Part shown: positions 28,072 to 41,847 of the stretch, piece by piece
Layout of the letters: each line of letters starts with the position of its first letter
Numbering within the stretch: the stretch's first letter is position 1
Source of the DNA: Octopus bimaculoides
Taxonomy: Eukaryota
DNA: 58,168 nucleotides
Reading direction: 5' to 3'
NCBI RefSeq assembly: GCF_001194135.2
Contig: NC_068986.1
Coordinates: forward strand, 59,491,591-59,549,758
Made by a program: the position numbers and the translations under genes
Notes under the pieces: model-generated
The model's input: the letters and a program-made list of their open reading frames with translations, nothing else
The model's database searches: none
Told to the model about the DNA's origin: nothing

Positions 28072-29108
28072 ACGTTCGAAAATCTGTGAGTTAGAAAAAA
28101 CAGGCACTCCTATATTAGGTAACATAGTGGGTAGATTATTATTATAATTATTGATAATATAATACTATATATATAGTCTCATGTTTGCTAGATTTCATGA
28201 TTTCACGCCAAATATGGAGATTTAAATCTAGCACTCATCACTAATAACTGGATGGAATAGCATTATCTGGGCTCATTGTCTCTAAAAACCTCAAAGTATC
28301 AAAATGTCCAAGCAATGTCATTCCATTCTACCATTTCTGATGTTTGCTGGATTTGAACCCCTTCCTCCAACATGAAACCATTCAGAAGTTTAGCTACCAT
28401 AACACTATAACACGATAATGATATTCACGATAATAATGTATTATATAAAAATTATAAACACATGCCATATATACGTATATACACATATACATCTATATAT
28501 ATGTGGATATATAACATACAAATATATATACATATATATTTATATATATAAATATAGAGATATACATATACCATGATACATACATCAATGTATAAATATG
28601 TATGTATGTAGATTCATATACATATACACACACACATATATATGCATGTGTGTGTGTGTGTATGTATATATATATATATAATTATAAATATACATACACC
28701 CATATACTTATATGTATACACATACATGAACCGGATTCGGTTAACTGAGCCTGATGAGCTAGATTTCTGTACGAAGGTTACAAAACTTTAAGTCACGCAG
28801 GACTGAATGAAACAGTTTTAAATAATACGTTTTTTGTGTGTGTATGTATGTACATGTATATATGTGTGTGTGTGTGTATGTTCCAAGATTTGACCACAAC
28901 TGTCTCTATATNNNNNNNNNNNNNNNNNNNNNNNNNNNNNNNNNNNNNNNNNNNNNNNNNNNNNNNNNNNNNNNNNNNNNNNNNNNNNNNNNNNNNNNNN
29001 NNNNNNNNNNNNNNNNNNNNNNNNNNNNNNNNNNNNNNNNNNNNNNNNNNNNNNNNNNNNNNNNNNNNNNNNNNNNNNNNNNATATATATATATATATAT
29101 ATATATTA

Positions 29109-29248
29109 CAGTTGTGGTCAAATCTTGGAACATAGGTCTGAAAATTAGAATTTTTATATTAAATGCTCAAAGTTATATTTGAACCAAATTGTACTTGGGT
29201 ATAACAATTTTAATTTTTTAAAATGTTCCAGACTTTTGGCCATAACTG
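29109..29248. mobile_element. 140-bp Tc1-type MITE
   Basis: TA|CAGTTGTGGTCAAATCTTGGAACA...TGTTCCAGACTTTTGGCCATAACTG|TA. Confidence 0.85.
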
Positions 29249-29413
29249 TATATGTGTGTGTGTGTGTGTGTGTATGTGTGTATTTATACTCAAAAACATA
29301 TATAATGTTGTAAATGTTTGTCTTCATACATACACATACGTAATTAATATCCATATAAAAACAAGTATGCAGCTACCTGTCTGTTTGTCTCACAGTGTGT
29401 GTGTGTGTGTATT

Positions 29414-29449
<36 letters not shown>

Positions 29450-29639
29450 TATTGACAGGTAGACAGATGCACATACATACAGACATACATATTTACATAT
29501 GCTTGTGTATTTGCATATGTGTATCTATGTGTGTGTGTGTGTGTGTGTATATATACACATACATATATGTAAATAAATAAATACATATATATCTATATCT
29601 ATATGCATATATACATATATAAGTATATGTATATATATA

Positions 29640-29682
<43 letters not shown>

Positions 29683-30230
29683 ACACGAGTCTATACAATA
29701 TACACGTGTATATATATATATGTGTGTGTGTGTGTATACACACACACACACATGTATATGCATACATATGTGCAAATATACGTACGGACATATTTGTGTT
29801 AATTGAATATCTTTTTCTTAACTAATTACAAATGAATTTAGTAGAAGAATATTTCTTGTAAACAATTTTTTTTTGGGATTTTTTTAGATTTTATATGCAA
29901 AACCATTTTGATTCTATTAGTTGTTTCCCCCTGATTTATACCACCTGTATAAAATTGTAAAGCTCATATCTTCTGCTAACAGACAATGCAGCCACATAAA
30001 TCAACTTCCATAAGAAAGGAAACCTGGTCTTAGACTTAATTTAATTATTTGAGACTGATCTGATTGCATGATTGTGATCAGCAGACTTACTATCATTCAC
30101 TATGTTGGTATTGCCACCACATATTCTTTAAGAAGATATTAGCAAGTATGCTGGTCCTATCATTGCACATCAGTGTGACATGTTCATGAAATATTCCCAT
30201 GTCCAATCAATTTACTGAATTTTAGTTCAT

Positions 30231-30694
30231 TTACAGTTCACTTTCTTCAGCATGAATGTTTGCAATGTTTGTCTGTGTCAGTCCATGCATTGGAGCTAAG
30301 CGTAGTTTGAATTCATTTGGTTGCCGAGTCTTGCTAAGATCAAGCCACAATCGTGCGGGGTCAGCTTGTTTGGTGGTGGTAGATGAAGGAGGAGTAAAAG
30401 TGATTGCAGATGAAACTTGTGTATCTATGGATGACGGCTGGTCTGAAAGAGCATGTTTGTTTGCGGCAGTTGATGTTGGTTGTGTTGGTGTCTGTATCGA
30501 TGTTGTTGTTGTTGTCATACTAGTTCCATCTGAATTTGTCTGCTGGTATGGGCAGGGACTGCTGTTAGTGGAGCTTGCCAACATCCTTGTGTTGACTGGC
30601 AGTGTTGTTGCTGAAGTAGAACCAGTCTGAGCATTAGCAGCAGTAGCAACACAGCCCTCTGTTTCAGGGAAAATGTCGGTACAAATGCCACTTT
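30231..30694 (-). CDS. PLEKHG4: RhoGEF last coding exon, Ser/Thr-rich tail ending ...IHAEESEL*
   Basis: Strong acceptor ttctttttctttttttccag. Phase 1 entry (ESGICTDIFPE...) runs in frame into ORF 30231..30584, stop TAA at 30233-30231. Confidence 0.87.
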
Positions 30695-30847
30695 CTGGAA
30701 AAAAAGAAAAAGAAAATATAATTTTAAATACTAGTAACCAATATTTTGGAATGAAAATATAATTATTGATAGCAGTTTATATATACATACATATATACAC
30801 ATACATTCATATATACATACATACATACATTCATACATATATTCTTT

Positions 30848-31097
30848 CCTTTTATTCTTTAACTTGTTTCAATCTGTCAAGCGACGTTGGGGTGAGGTGG
30901 GGTGGGGACAAAAACAGACACACAAACACACACCCATATATATACACGACGGGTTTCTTTCAGTTTCCATCTACCAAATCCACTCACAAGGCTTTGGTCG
31001 GCCTAAGACTATAGTAGAAGACACTGACCCAAGATGCCACGCAGTGGGACTGAACCCAGAACCATGTGGTTGGTAAGCAAGTTACTTACCACACATC
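30848..31097 (-). mobile_element. SINE family A, internally deleted
   Basis: Reverse complement of head and tail with the middle of the 3' half missing. Confidence 0.85.
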
Positions 31098-31380
31098 CAA
31101 GGTGACAACATAAGTGCAAAACAAGGTGGGAAAAGTAGTATTTGACTACCAAAAGTAGAGTAATATACTTATAATTAAAGCTGCAAAATTATCACACAAC
31201 TGTTACTCACCGTTTTATGTTCCTGTTTGTCGGACAGTTTGGTGAAAACTGAATAAAGATTGTTCAGGTACATGTAATACAGTGTGATGTAATTCAAATA
31301 TGCGAATGAATTCTCAAATTTGATTGAATGATTGCATTCCAAACATAATGGTTACTATATGTATATATGTATGTGTGTGT

Positions 31381-31426
<46 letters not shown>

Positions 31427-32002
31427 TGGATAGACAGATAAATTGATATTTCATGCATTTGATTTTTTTTGTTTAACATCTGTTTTTCAATGTTAGCAGG
31501 GGTCAGGATGAGGAGTTAAGGAAAGATTTTATGATTAGATGTTCTTTCTTTTGCCAACTCCCAACTGTTTTCATGAAAAGGATTTTAAAAATTTATTTCA
31601 GAGGTTTTGAAAGTGCAGAACAGTTGGTCATACTGTCAGCATGGGATGTCAATAATTACCATCACTTTGATCAACCAATGATGAGCATGGAATATCAGTA
31701 TTCACATAGATTCACACATACACACTCAAACACATATATAAACACAATGGAAATTGAAGGCAATTTAAAGAAAAAACAATTGTGGGGAAGAGACTTGTGA
31801 AGTGTCAGATGAAAAGTGAAAGGAAATTAGTGCCAACAATGTTGGCTTTCAAAGAAAAAGCAAAATATATCAATCTTGAGTAAGGAGGCTCTTTGCACTG
31901 AAGCTGTAATTAGAAAGGATTGCATGAAACAGAATGACTTGGAAGGTACCAAATGATTATTCTCTACAGGGAGCTGGAAGTAAAAAAGGAATAACATTTT
32001 AC

Positions 32003-32233
32003 CATTTGAAGAATTCATTGACCGTCGATTGAAATGTGGGCTGTCTGCATTTGCATTGGAACTGACTATCATGTTTTCAAAGGCTAAATTGAGAGAGTTG
32101 AGAAGTCCGTGACTTGTTGATTGACCACTACTTGAGGAAGATGTGCTACTTAGAGAGTTGATTGAGAGAGGTCGTTTGGCACCATCTCGGAAGTGGTCAA
32201 CTGAGGAGACTGCAATGGAATTACGGGAACGTG
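32003..32233 (-). CDS. PLEKHG4: RhoGEF exon, Ser-rich C-terminal region (ARSRNSIAVSSVDHF...RRSMNSSN)
   Basis: Acceptor ctctttctgttttag, donor G/gtaaaa, 231 nt, phase 1-1, open frame. Confidence 0.87.
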
Positions 32234-33865
32234 CTAAAACAGAAAGAGAGAAAGAAATATAGATAGTTAAAACTTGTCTTTCTTCGATACAACCTAACAC
32301 ACACACACACACACATACACACCACACCACACCACACCAGTAGACAAATAGATCTATCTATGCATGCATTTTCTTTCCTATGTTGGTACCTCAGTGTAAC
32401 CACAACCAAATGATTGAAACCAGTATGAAAGAGTATAACAGCATGTGTGTGTTTTAAATTATCAGAGTCTATATATTTGGCACAAGACCACAAATCTGTG
32501 GGAAAGGAGACAGTCAAATACATTGTCTGTACTTTATTTTATCAACTCTAACAGGGTTTCAGCTCAAAACATAAAGGTCTATAACTGGATATTGCAAAAC
32601 ATTTTGCAGGTTGCTCTAGTACAGGGATTCCCAAACTGAGGTAAATTTACCATCAAGGTGCAAATATCTCCTAACTTTTTTTTTATATTACCAGGATTTT
32701 ATTGTTACAGTATGCTTAATTACATAGATATTCTACATTAAAATATAAATCCAAAACAGAAGAAAATATAACCATAAGCAAAGAAATAAAGAAAAGAACA
32801 CAAAACATCAATTCAACACTAAGTGCATCAGTCAGTTGTACACCATAACCAAGGAGCAAATTTGTTGATTCTGCATTTGTACACTTTTCAATTATAATTT
32901 TAAAAATTTGGAATTGAGTTGAAAATTCAAAGTAAACTTATTTCTTTTCTTTCTTTCACTTTAGTTTTTAAAAATCTGTGTTATATACTTCTTAATTACT
33001 GTGTTTGTTTCTGAAATCTGTTCATCATTAGTTTATAAATGCAGGAAATAACATTGTTGTATGCTATTTTTTGATAATTATTTGAACTTTTGTGTCCACT
33101 AACCGCTTCATCCAATCACCAGTGCTCACCACGTTGTTGTCAGCAGAAGTCAAAGTTTTAGTAAGCCACTGATAGTGGCCAAGTAGATCAATCCCGTCAC
33201 ACCATCTCTTTCATGATCTTCCTCAATTTTTTTTCCCTTGTCGGTTGCCATTTCATGGTGTTTGTCAACTAGTTGTCTCCCCTTCTGCTTGAGGTGCCCT
33301 GCTCACATTCATTTTAGAGTGGTGAAAATATCATCTACCATTATCCATTCTTTTACCCATTTGTTTGTCTTCTCTCAGGTAAGTTCCCACATTAGAAACA
33401 TAATAATGTATTAATGATCTCTCCACACCAAAGAAAAACGAGCTTGTGTTTCGTTCATAGCTTTCTGATGTGATAAAGTAATAGAGAGATGTCTGCAAAT
33501 GGCTTAGAGATTTCATAGAAGTTTACATCTCTGTCATAAAGTAAATAAGGATTATTATATAGTTTTCTTTTAGGTAAAATATAAAGCTAATATACCAGGA
33601 GGCAGAAACAGAAGAATCCAAGACAAACTGCTTTCAGTATTTACTTCCATAATTTCATGCTCTGCTAGAGTTGTTGGTCTTCCTTCTTTAAGAAGTAAAA
33701 ATATGTGCCACTTATGTAACAGGATAAATTCAATTAACAATATACACATCCCCCTTTGTGGCTTTATAACTTTATGCTACCATTTCTACAAACACCCCAC
33801 CCTCAAATAAGAATAACATATCAACAAATGAAGCTATAAGTAAGTATTGTCAGTAAAAGACTTAC

Positions 33866-33976
33866 CAGCAAATTGTCCAGAAGCAACTAAGTTTTCATTT
33901 AAATTATAATCTCCTTTCAGGTCAAAACTTGGCTTACTTCCCATCCCCATTGAAGCCATCTCAGTTTTTCGGCTTT
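33866..33976 (-). CDS. PLEKHG4: RhoGEF exon after PH (ESRKTEMASMGMGSKPSFDLKGDYNLNENLVASGQFA)
   Basis: Acceptor attttgaacag, donor G/gtaagt, 111 nt, phase 1-1. EMASMGMGSKP resembles the post-PH motif of this subfamily. Confidence 0.9.
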
Positions 33977-34795
33977 CTGTTCAAAATATGACACAAACCA
34001 TTTTATATACTTTCTTCAAATACATTTTGGATATGATTTTTTTCTAAGCTTTGTTAACACATTACATTAATAATAACAATAATAACAGATATTTCTAATA
34101 CTGGTAAAAGGTAAGAGAAATGGGGAGAAAAGAAGTTAGGTATGATCTTCTGACAGGTTAAGTGCAAGCTTCTGAAAAAATTACAATGTTTGAGAGAAAA
34201 TCATTATAATGGAGTATAATTTGGTGCAGAATCTTTTTGTGTCTAAGTTTAAAGAAATATCTGTAAAAAGAAAAAATTAACTACACTAAGATCAGTATCA
34301 ACTGCAAGTCTTAACCCTATATCACTGATAAGTTTAATGAGGTCTTAGTTAATCTGATTCATGGCCATTTATAAATATATATGATTAAGAGTTCATCATC
34401 TCCTCAAAGGCCTCTGTTCAAGGCAGGAAGTTTTTTTATGTAATCAAGCTAAAAGGTAAATTCTGATAATTATTTATTGTTAAGTGCTGTTACATATTCT
34501 TGGAGAAACATCAAATACTTCATCTCCATGTTTTCTTTTTACTAAAGCTGAATTGTCAAAAAGGAAAAGGATTTTCTTTCGTACATAATTATTTTGATAA
34601 GTAAAATTGTGTCTAGGATGTGTTTGGAAAGTATTCCTTAATTCAATTTGTTGGGTGTTGATTAAGTTTGCATGGAGGATGAAAAATAGTTATTCTGTTT
34701 TATTATCAATGTTAAGGTGTGAATTACATTACATTCAAGATTGTGTAGATCTAGAATAAATATGGTGGCTAGTTTGGTTTTGAAAGTTGACTTAC

Positions 34796-34973
34796 CTCGA
34801 TTCTTTATTGCTTGTCTCCACAACAATCTAGAAATATCTTGAACCCAGCTTTTTTTGATATCATTATCTTGAGCATGTAAAATATAGTTTTCTCCAAGTG
34901 ATCGCCGTCGGAACCAGATTTCAAATTTATTTGTGTGATCACGGAAATTTTCTGTTAATCCAATATCTGAAGT
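34796..34973 (-). CDS. PLEKHG4: RhoGEF exon, PH domain second half (TSDIGLTENFRDHTNKFEIWFRRR...KKSWVQDISRLLWRQAIKNR)
   Basis: Acceptor ttgctcttgttgtag, donor G/gtaagt, 178 nt, phase 0 to 1. Contains IGLTEN, FEIWF and the PH C-terminal helix Trp. Confidence 0.95.
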
Positions 34974-36466
34974 CTACAACAAGAGCAAAACACAAAAAAG
35001 TTATTTGACAGACCAGCTTAGTGCAGGGAATTTAACAGGTTTGTTTTTGCACCACAAAACTCTAGAGCTAAGTGATTCTCAAACAGTAGCCTCACAACCT
35101 ACAAAACATAATGAAATTGTCAGCATCCCTCCTTATCTTTATTCATAAGATTTGTAACCATATAATTCTTGTTTCCACCTTAAGTCATTTGAGAAGTTTA
35201 AAAAGAAGGAAATCATCATAATTTTGATAAATATGGCAATTTGTTTATTGCAGGCTGGATTTCCTGTGAGAGACACTGCTATCAATCACTACAATTTTCA
35301 ATAAACACCAACATCTTAACACTGATTAAACAATGAGCCAATGCCAGTTGACCTGCTAGAAATAACCACCTAAATCCCTCTCAGATCACACTCAACTGTC
35401 TTTGGATACATCTATACTTTAATTTCCTGCTATGATTTTGAAAGTCTATGCAAGGAATGGAAGACTAAATAATTGCCTTGTCATAATTAGCTGTGTCCCT
35501 TTATATTGAGTTAAAAATCTTGCCAACATAATGTTAATTTTGCCTTTCAGTTTTTTGTGTCAATAAAGAATGCAAGATCAATGCATTGGGTTCTATTAAA
35601 GTGTGTGTATCTCTTCTCCTATAAGTTTGGCATCTTGTGCTAATAAGAGAAATTACATTTTAATTATTTCACTTCATCCTAGTGATACTTTTGCATCCAT
35701 TTTTCTATGCTTCCAGGAGTTGAAATATATTTTTCAACATAACTTATCATTATTTGTTGGCATCATTTACTATCAAATTTGTGAAATTCAGCCTCCTGAG
35801 ATCAGTCCTCACCACTTCTTACCATGTCTTCCACTTCCATAAGTTTGCTCAATTTAGATTATTCAGCACTTCTTTGCCCAGCTGCCATCCTTTATATATG
35901 TTACATGTCCATACCACATGCAGTCTTCTCTCTAACATTTTAAAGCTAATTCCTCTTATCCTCAATCTCTCAGTTTGTGCATATATGCTTTGTTGTTCAC
36001 ACACACTAACATTATACATCCAGTTAAATATCCATGCTGCTTTTCTCTCCGCCTTATGTTTTGCTACCATACAATACCGCATCTTTACACAAGCACTATA
36101 CAAGCAGCTTTCCTATTTCAGATGATCTTACTACTTGGTTTCACACATGATATTATATAACAGGATGATAAACTAATACCATATGTTCTTAGATAACAGG
36201 TCTGCCATCTCTGAAGAACACATGGTGTTAGTTTATAAGCCTGTTATGTTACTTAATATCTGTTTATTTAATACACAATGCAAAACCAACTGATTGTCTT
36301 CTTTTCCATTTATTTCTTTCGTTGTTCGCAAAAAAAAAGTTTGTATTCCATGTTTTTGTATTTTGTATTTCATGCTGTTTATGTTTTATGACATCCTGTA
36401 CCCATATATGCATATGTACATACATATATATGTAATTATGTACATATGCATATATATATATATATA

Positions 36467-36683
36467 TTCTTTTATTCTTTTATTTGTTTCAGTCATCTGA
36501 CTGTGGCCATGCTGGAGCACCATCTTTAGTCGAACAAATCGATCCCAGAACTTATTCTTTATAAGCCTAGTACTTATTCTATCTGCCTCTTTTGCCGAAC
36601 TGCTAAGTTACGGGGATGTAAACACACTAACATCAGCTGTCAAGTGATGGTGGGGGGACAAACACAGACACACAAACACATAC

Positions 36684-36716
<33 letters not shown>

Positions 36717-37006
36717 NNNNNNNNNNNNNNNNNNNNNNNNNNNNNNNNNNNNNNNNNNNNNNNNNNNNNNNNNNNNNNNNNNNNNNNNNNNNNNNNNNNN
36801 NNNNNNNNNNNNNNNNNNNNNNNNNNNNNNNNNNNNNNNNNNNNNNNNNNGTATATATATTTATTTACACGCCGGGCTTCTTTCAGTTTCCAGCTACCAA
36901 ATCCAGTCACAATGCTTTGGTAGGCCCAAGGTGCCATGCAGTGGGACTGAACCTGGGACTATGTGGTTGGTAAGCAAGTTACTTACTGCACAGCCACTCC
37001 TGCGCC
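36467..37006 (-). mobile_element. SINE family A spanning an N gap
   Basis: Tail at 36467-36660 and head at 36870-37006. Confidence 0.88.
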
Positions 37007-37089
37007 TATATATATATTATTTATATTATTATTTGATTGAACGCCACGCATCCATTTCCAAGTAAGTTTACTTTAATAATTCCGATGTG

Positions 37090-37330
37090 ACTCTCTTTCC
37101 CTCTCCCCTTTTATTTCCTCTCTCTTCCTTTCTCTAATTCTTTTTATCTCCCCTTCTCCCCCTTTCGTTCTTTTCTCTCCCCTTTTCTCTAATTCCTTTC
37201 TTCTCCCCTTCACTATTTTCTATCTGTCCCTCTCTCTTTCTCACTCTTCCTCCTTTACTCTCCCGTTGCTCATACATGACCATTGGCCATCTTTCTTTTC
37301 CTAACTTGAGCTTCTTTCTTTCCTTTTGAT
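37090..37330. repeat. Polypyrimidine (CT-rich) low-complexity tract
   Basis: Directly visible. Confidence 0.85.
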
Positions 37331-38599
37331 CTGCCACACAGATCAGATGAATTCTTGTCTGTCTCCTCTCCTATCTTTTCTCCTGACAAAGCTTGTTCCT
37401 CCAGCGTTTGCCACCTCACCTCGTTATGGCTTAGCAGCCCTTACTGTTTATTTTTACTGTCCTGTTTTTGTTACCAACTTTGACCCTCTGCAAATCCCAA
37501 ATTTTATTTTGCTTTGCGGGAGCAACTGTTTTCTCGAAGACACATCATAATTGCTCAAAATGTAGAGTAGATAAACAACCGACAACTGATGAAGAGTTGT
37601 TCTTTATGTTACTTGTCTTGTTTTCCATTTGTTTCTTTCGTTGTGCACAAAAAAAGTTTGTATTCCATGTTTTCATATTTCGTATTTCATGTTGTTTAAG
37701 TTTTATGACGTCCTGTACCCATATATGCATATGTGTATACATATATATGTATGTACATNNNNNNNNNNNNNNNNNNNNNNNNNNNNNNNNNNNNNNNGAG
37801 AGAGAGAGAGAGAGCAGCATAAACTTTTTTTTAATTTCAAGCAGCTTGGAATCATCAGTTATTTTACAGACATATTTATTGGAACTTTTTCCTAGGAGCT
37901 AAACTGCATTTATATCTACTGAAAATACTATCAATTAAAATGTTGAAACATTTCCATGTATTTTTATTTATTTAAAGTGTGAAAATCCTTCTTTGTCATT
38001 GTCTGTCAAAGAAGATGATTATGAATATTAATAAAAATGTTAATTCAATCTTATTTTATTATTAATTCAAGTCTTTCACGGATGAAATACATTTTCCAAT
38101 GGATATATGACTAACCATATCATGTCTATACTTGTTATATACTAACAAGGTCCAGAGAAGATGTCTAATCACTAAATGGCCAATCATTTCTTTAAACTAG
38201 GCACTGAATTAGCATTTACTGGTTATAGCTTCTTTATACCCAGTAGCTCTTAATGTAAAAGATTTGGTCAGAGGCACCTAGAATGCATTCCTCCATTTCT
38301 GCCTTAAAATACGAGTTGCAAAACCTCTGAAATATATATATATATTTTGCTCTGTTAGCTTTTTTTTTTATATGAAAGGGCTTTTCCTGCTCAAAACTTC
38401 AGGAGTCACATTATTTTTTTTTATCAACTATTTTATATTTTATTCCTTATGTTTAAAAAAAAATGTTTTAAAATAGAGAAATGATAGTAATGAAATAATA
38501 AAGACAATTTATAGCTAATTTTTAAAAGGTTAATGGAAACTTGATATTAGAAACAAAAAACATTTTAAAAGATGTATTATAAATAAGATATTTTCTTAC

Positions 38600-38773
38600 T
38601 TTAAAGCTATATTTATATATATAGGACTCTGGTCCACCATGTCGATCTTTTTTAGTTTTGCTGAAAAGAACCAATTCTTCAAAAAGAAATATATGCCGCA
38701 TTGATTTCTTCCTTCCTTGGGTAACAAAAAATTCATTCTGTCGGAGAAGGCGACCTTGTTCTTGTAAATTTAC
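38600..38773 (-). CDS. PLEKHG4: RhoGEF exon, PH domain first half (VNLQEQGRLLRQNEFFVTQGRKKSMRHIFLFEELVLFSK...YIYKYSFK)
   Basis: Read by hand. Acceptor tttttcttcag, donor AAA/gtaaga, 174 nt. PH motifs RHIFLFEELVLFSK and YIYK. Confidence 0.95.
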
Positions 38774-40059
38774 CTGAAGAAAAATTTTTTTTTTAATTAA
38801 TGATAACAGGAAAAAGAAAAATACTAAAAAAACCCCAACCTCTTTCCTATTTATTACTAATGATTAAGGTCAATTTATTCCAGAAATGAGTATAGTCAAC
38901 TGAACAGATGCTAGTATATTACTGGTACTTGTTTTATCATCTTTGGGTAAAAAAAAACACATTGATCTACAATAGTTTTAACTTTAAATACAGAAAGAGG
39001 AAAATAATAACTTGGTCCTCAATCTAGCTCTTGAGTGTCTTTCACAGAGTCCATTCAGTTGCAAGTATTCAAATCAGATTCCTGGTCTAAGGATAGATAA
39101 ATGGATATACACTACTTGTTGAATCAATGTTTGAGTTTGGGTGTTTTTTCTTTCTCACCAGTCAGGTTTGCTGCCCTTCTTCATTTAACTAAACCATTAA
39201 ATATAATAAGGGGAATTATTCTTTCAACAACTAGTACATACTTTATCAATGTTCTTTGGATTAGGATTTAAATGTCAAAGAATTGACACAACCTTTCCTC
39301 TGTGTGTTGTGAAAGGTGACTAAAAGAAGTTGAGGTAGGATTTGCACTCCAACCTTGTAAATCCCTCATCAGTAATGATTACCTAAACAGACCCATGGGT
39401 TGCAGGTACCTAAGTGGTACAAAGGTATCATCTACCAGGAATAGGGAAGGATCAACAAACAGTGGATGCAGTGATGCAGTTACAGTGCATGTCCCATTTT
39501 ACTACACCTACTACAGCTATCAAAACATACAGAGGTGTTAGTAAATGCATAGCACTTTTTCTGGTGCACTATCACTTTTGCCCACCTCTTTGATGATGAT
39601 GACTAACCCATAAATATTTTGGAAAAGGTTCCTCCAAAGTACAACATTTGTTTCAACACCTTTTAGATTAAAACAATAACAAATCTTGCCAAATATAAAT
39701 GGCTTCATTTATATTTTATGAAAAAAGAGAAAGATCATTTATACCATACAGGAATTTGTAGCTTTCTGTTCAAACAGGAGTGAACTGATATATATGAAGA
39801 TATATTAATAAAATAGAAAACACCAACAAATATTTCAATTTATTCTATCGAAAGGGAAATGAAGAGTAATTTCCCTTGCATTTCACTGTACTTATTGTGA
39901 TCAAGAGGTACAAGATGGCTGAGGTGACAAGGAGGCAGCTTGTCCTCTATCCTGCAAACGTCCATACTTCTCTCCCTTCTGTCGATGTCTGGTTTCCCCA
40001 AACAAATGGGATGCCATTCAGTGCAACATGATCAAGAACAGGCTGGTGCACTGTCTGGT

Positions 40060-40430
40060 ATGTTTTTCTACTTTGCCTCCTAGCCCCAGAATGGTGCCTG
40101 ACTCAACACAGTGGTATCACTCTTGACTGTCACTTAGCTTGATAGCAACTGTCAGCATATCAGTGTTTCCCTAAGGCTTGGCCTCCAGATCAGTGAGCCT
40201 TACAAATGCTGCTGCTGCTGATCCACTGGGGATTCTTTTGGCCTCCACCCTTTTGTCATGCTATTATGGTGTTGGCTGCCTTCTACACCATACTGCTTTC
40301 AATGAGATCATAAAGCATGGCCTAAATACTGCAGGCTTCCACTCCCAGCTAGATCCAGGAGATCTAGACAGAAGGAATAGTAAAAGGTAAGATGACATAA
40401 CAATTTTCCTATTCCATGGTACTAGGATAA
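40060..40430 (+). mobile_element. CRE-like non-LTR retrotransposon remnant (zinc knuckle plus restriction-like endonuclease)
   Basis: Peptides SLRLGLQISEPYKCCC, LLSCYYGVGC..HTAFNEIIKHGLNTAG and LDPGDLDRRNSKR resemble LRLG..ICEPH.C, H..LN.II.R.L..AG and LEP.GL.R.DGKRPD. Confidence 0.7.
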
Positions 40431-40764
40431 AGTGTACAGGTACTCTTTATTCAGCTTCTAAACTTTTAGTATTAAACACAAGTTGGGCAAGACTATTGCA
40501 GTTGACACTGATGTAAGTATATAAATTTCTACCATCCATACAAGTTATTTGTCATCAAATTACAACCAAATTAAATGAGTACACTTTCTCTGTTCATCCT
40601 TATTTATAAACACCTTCACAATCAAGACAAATATTCTTGATATAGTTTAGTCAGGACCAATGCCAGAGTATTCAGTAGTCTTAGAGTAGCTCTACAATGA
40701 GTAACTCCTCATCCCATTTATGATTGTTTGCTGAATACAGCCAGGCCCAGTAGCTTTTAATATA

Positions 40765-40989
40765 TAGTAATCCCTCGACTATCATGGGTGTTACATTCCA
40801 AAACCCCACCATGATAGGTGATAATCCGCAAAGTAGAAACAGTACTGTACTGTATATATTTTAAAAATTATTTTTATAATTTGTATGTATTTATTTTATT
40901 ATAAATGCAAAACAACACCATGGAGGAATTGATGTAAGCTTAAATAATAAACTGCGATTGGTGAACTGCAATATGGCGAGGGATTACTG
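40765..40989. mobile_element. Tc1/pogo-type MITE, copy 2 of the family at 1132
   Basis: tagtaatccctcg...cgagggattactg|ta. Interior aligns to copy 1. Confidence 0.88.
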
Positions 40990-41409
40990 TATATCCTTAC
41001 AATATTATATCAATAGTTCAGCTGATGGTCACATATGTATATATTTTTTCTAGAACTCCAGGTTTTAGTACCTTAGGCAATCACCTAATCTGCTTGAATG
41101 CAACAGGCCTTGACATTAGAATATTCTTTGTATCAAAAATTAGTATATTCTTTGTACGAAAGTGATTTCCATCACTGCCACTGACATCAAATCTCACCAT
41201 CTCTCATATTATCATAAATTTCTTCAATACATTAACTTCATGTTCCTAATATTGTACAAAGACTATGCTTTACACCTTCACAAAACAAGACCTGACATAT
41301 TTGGATAGTTGAAATAATGTGGAAACTCAATATTTTGGAAAGAAAGAAGTATAGAAGCAGATGAAAGAAGTTTAAATATTTCCAATGCATTATTTGAGCC
41401 TTGACTTAC

Positions 41410-41487
41410 ATCACATTCTTTCAGAGAATCCATAGCCAACATATCATTGCCATGACGTAGATGGAATTTCACCATTTCTTCAGCAGA
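41410..41487 (-). CDS. PLEKHG4: RhoGEF exon, DH end and linker (SAEEMVKFHLRHGNDMLAMDSLKECD)
   Basis: Acceptor ccttaactttcag, donor GAT/gtaagt, 78 nt, phase 0-0. Confidence 0.94.
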
Positions 41488-41847
41488 CTGAAAGTTAAGG
41501 ACATTATCATTTAGTTATTTAGATAAATTGATTATGAATTGAGAAAACATTTACATAGTTACAGTCTAAAAACTGTTTAACCCTTCTGAATCCATCAATA
41601 CACTTTAGCAGGTGCAATTTCATTTGACTATATTCCTGGAAGAAACAAAAACTGATTTTGAGATTTATAATAGAAAAATTCTTATTTTCAGTTATAAATA
41701 CATATCTATGTGGCCATCAGCTTCGGTGTCTTCAAGGAGTGTAGTCAAACAAAATTACGTTTTCTAAAGTGTACTTGCAAGTTCAAAAGGTTAAGAAGCA
41801 AAACTTCCGTTTTCAATGAAGTGAGAGATATTTGTTAGTTTGTGGCC

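Noticed and set aside
28749-28780. CTGATGAgctagatttctgtaCGAAg hammerhead-like string
   Set aside because: Stem II pairs poorly, GAAA is GAAG, and there is no stem I or III partner.
30256-30630. Plus-strand 124-aa ORF
   Set aside because: Antisense shadow of the last RhoGEF exon.
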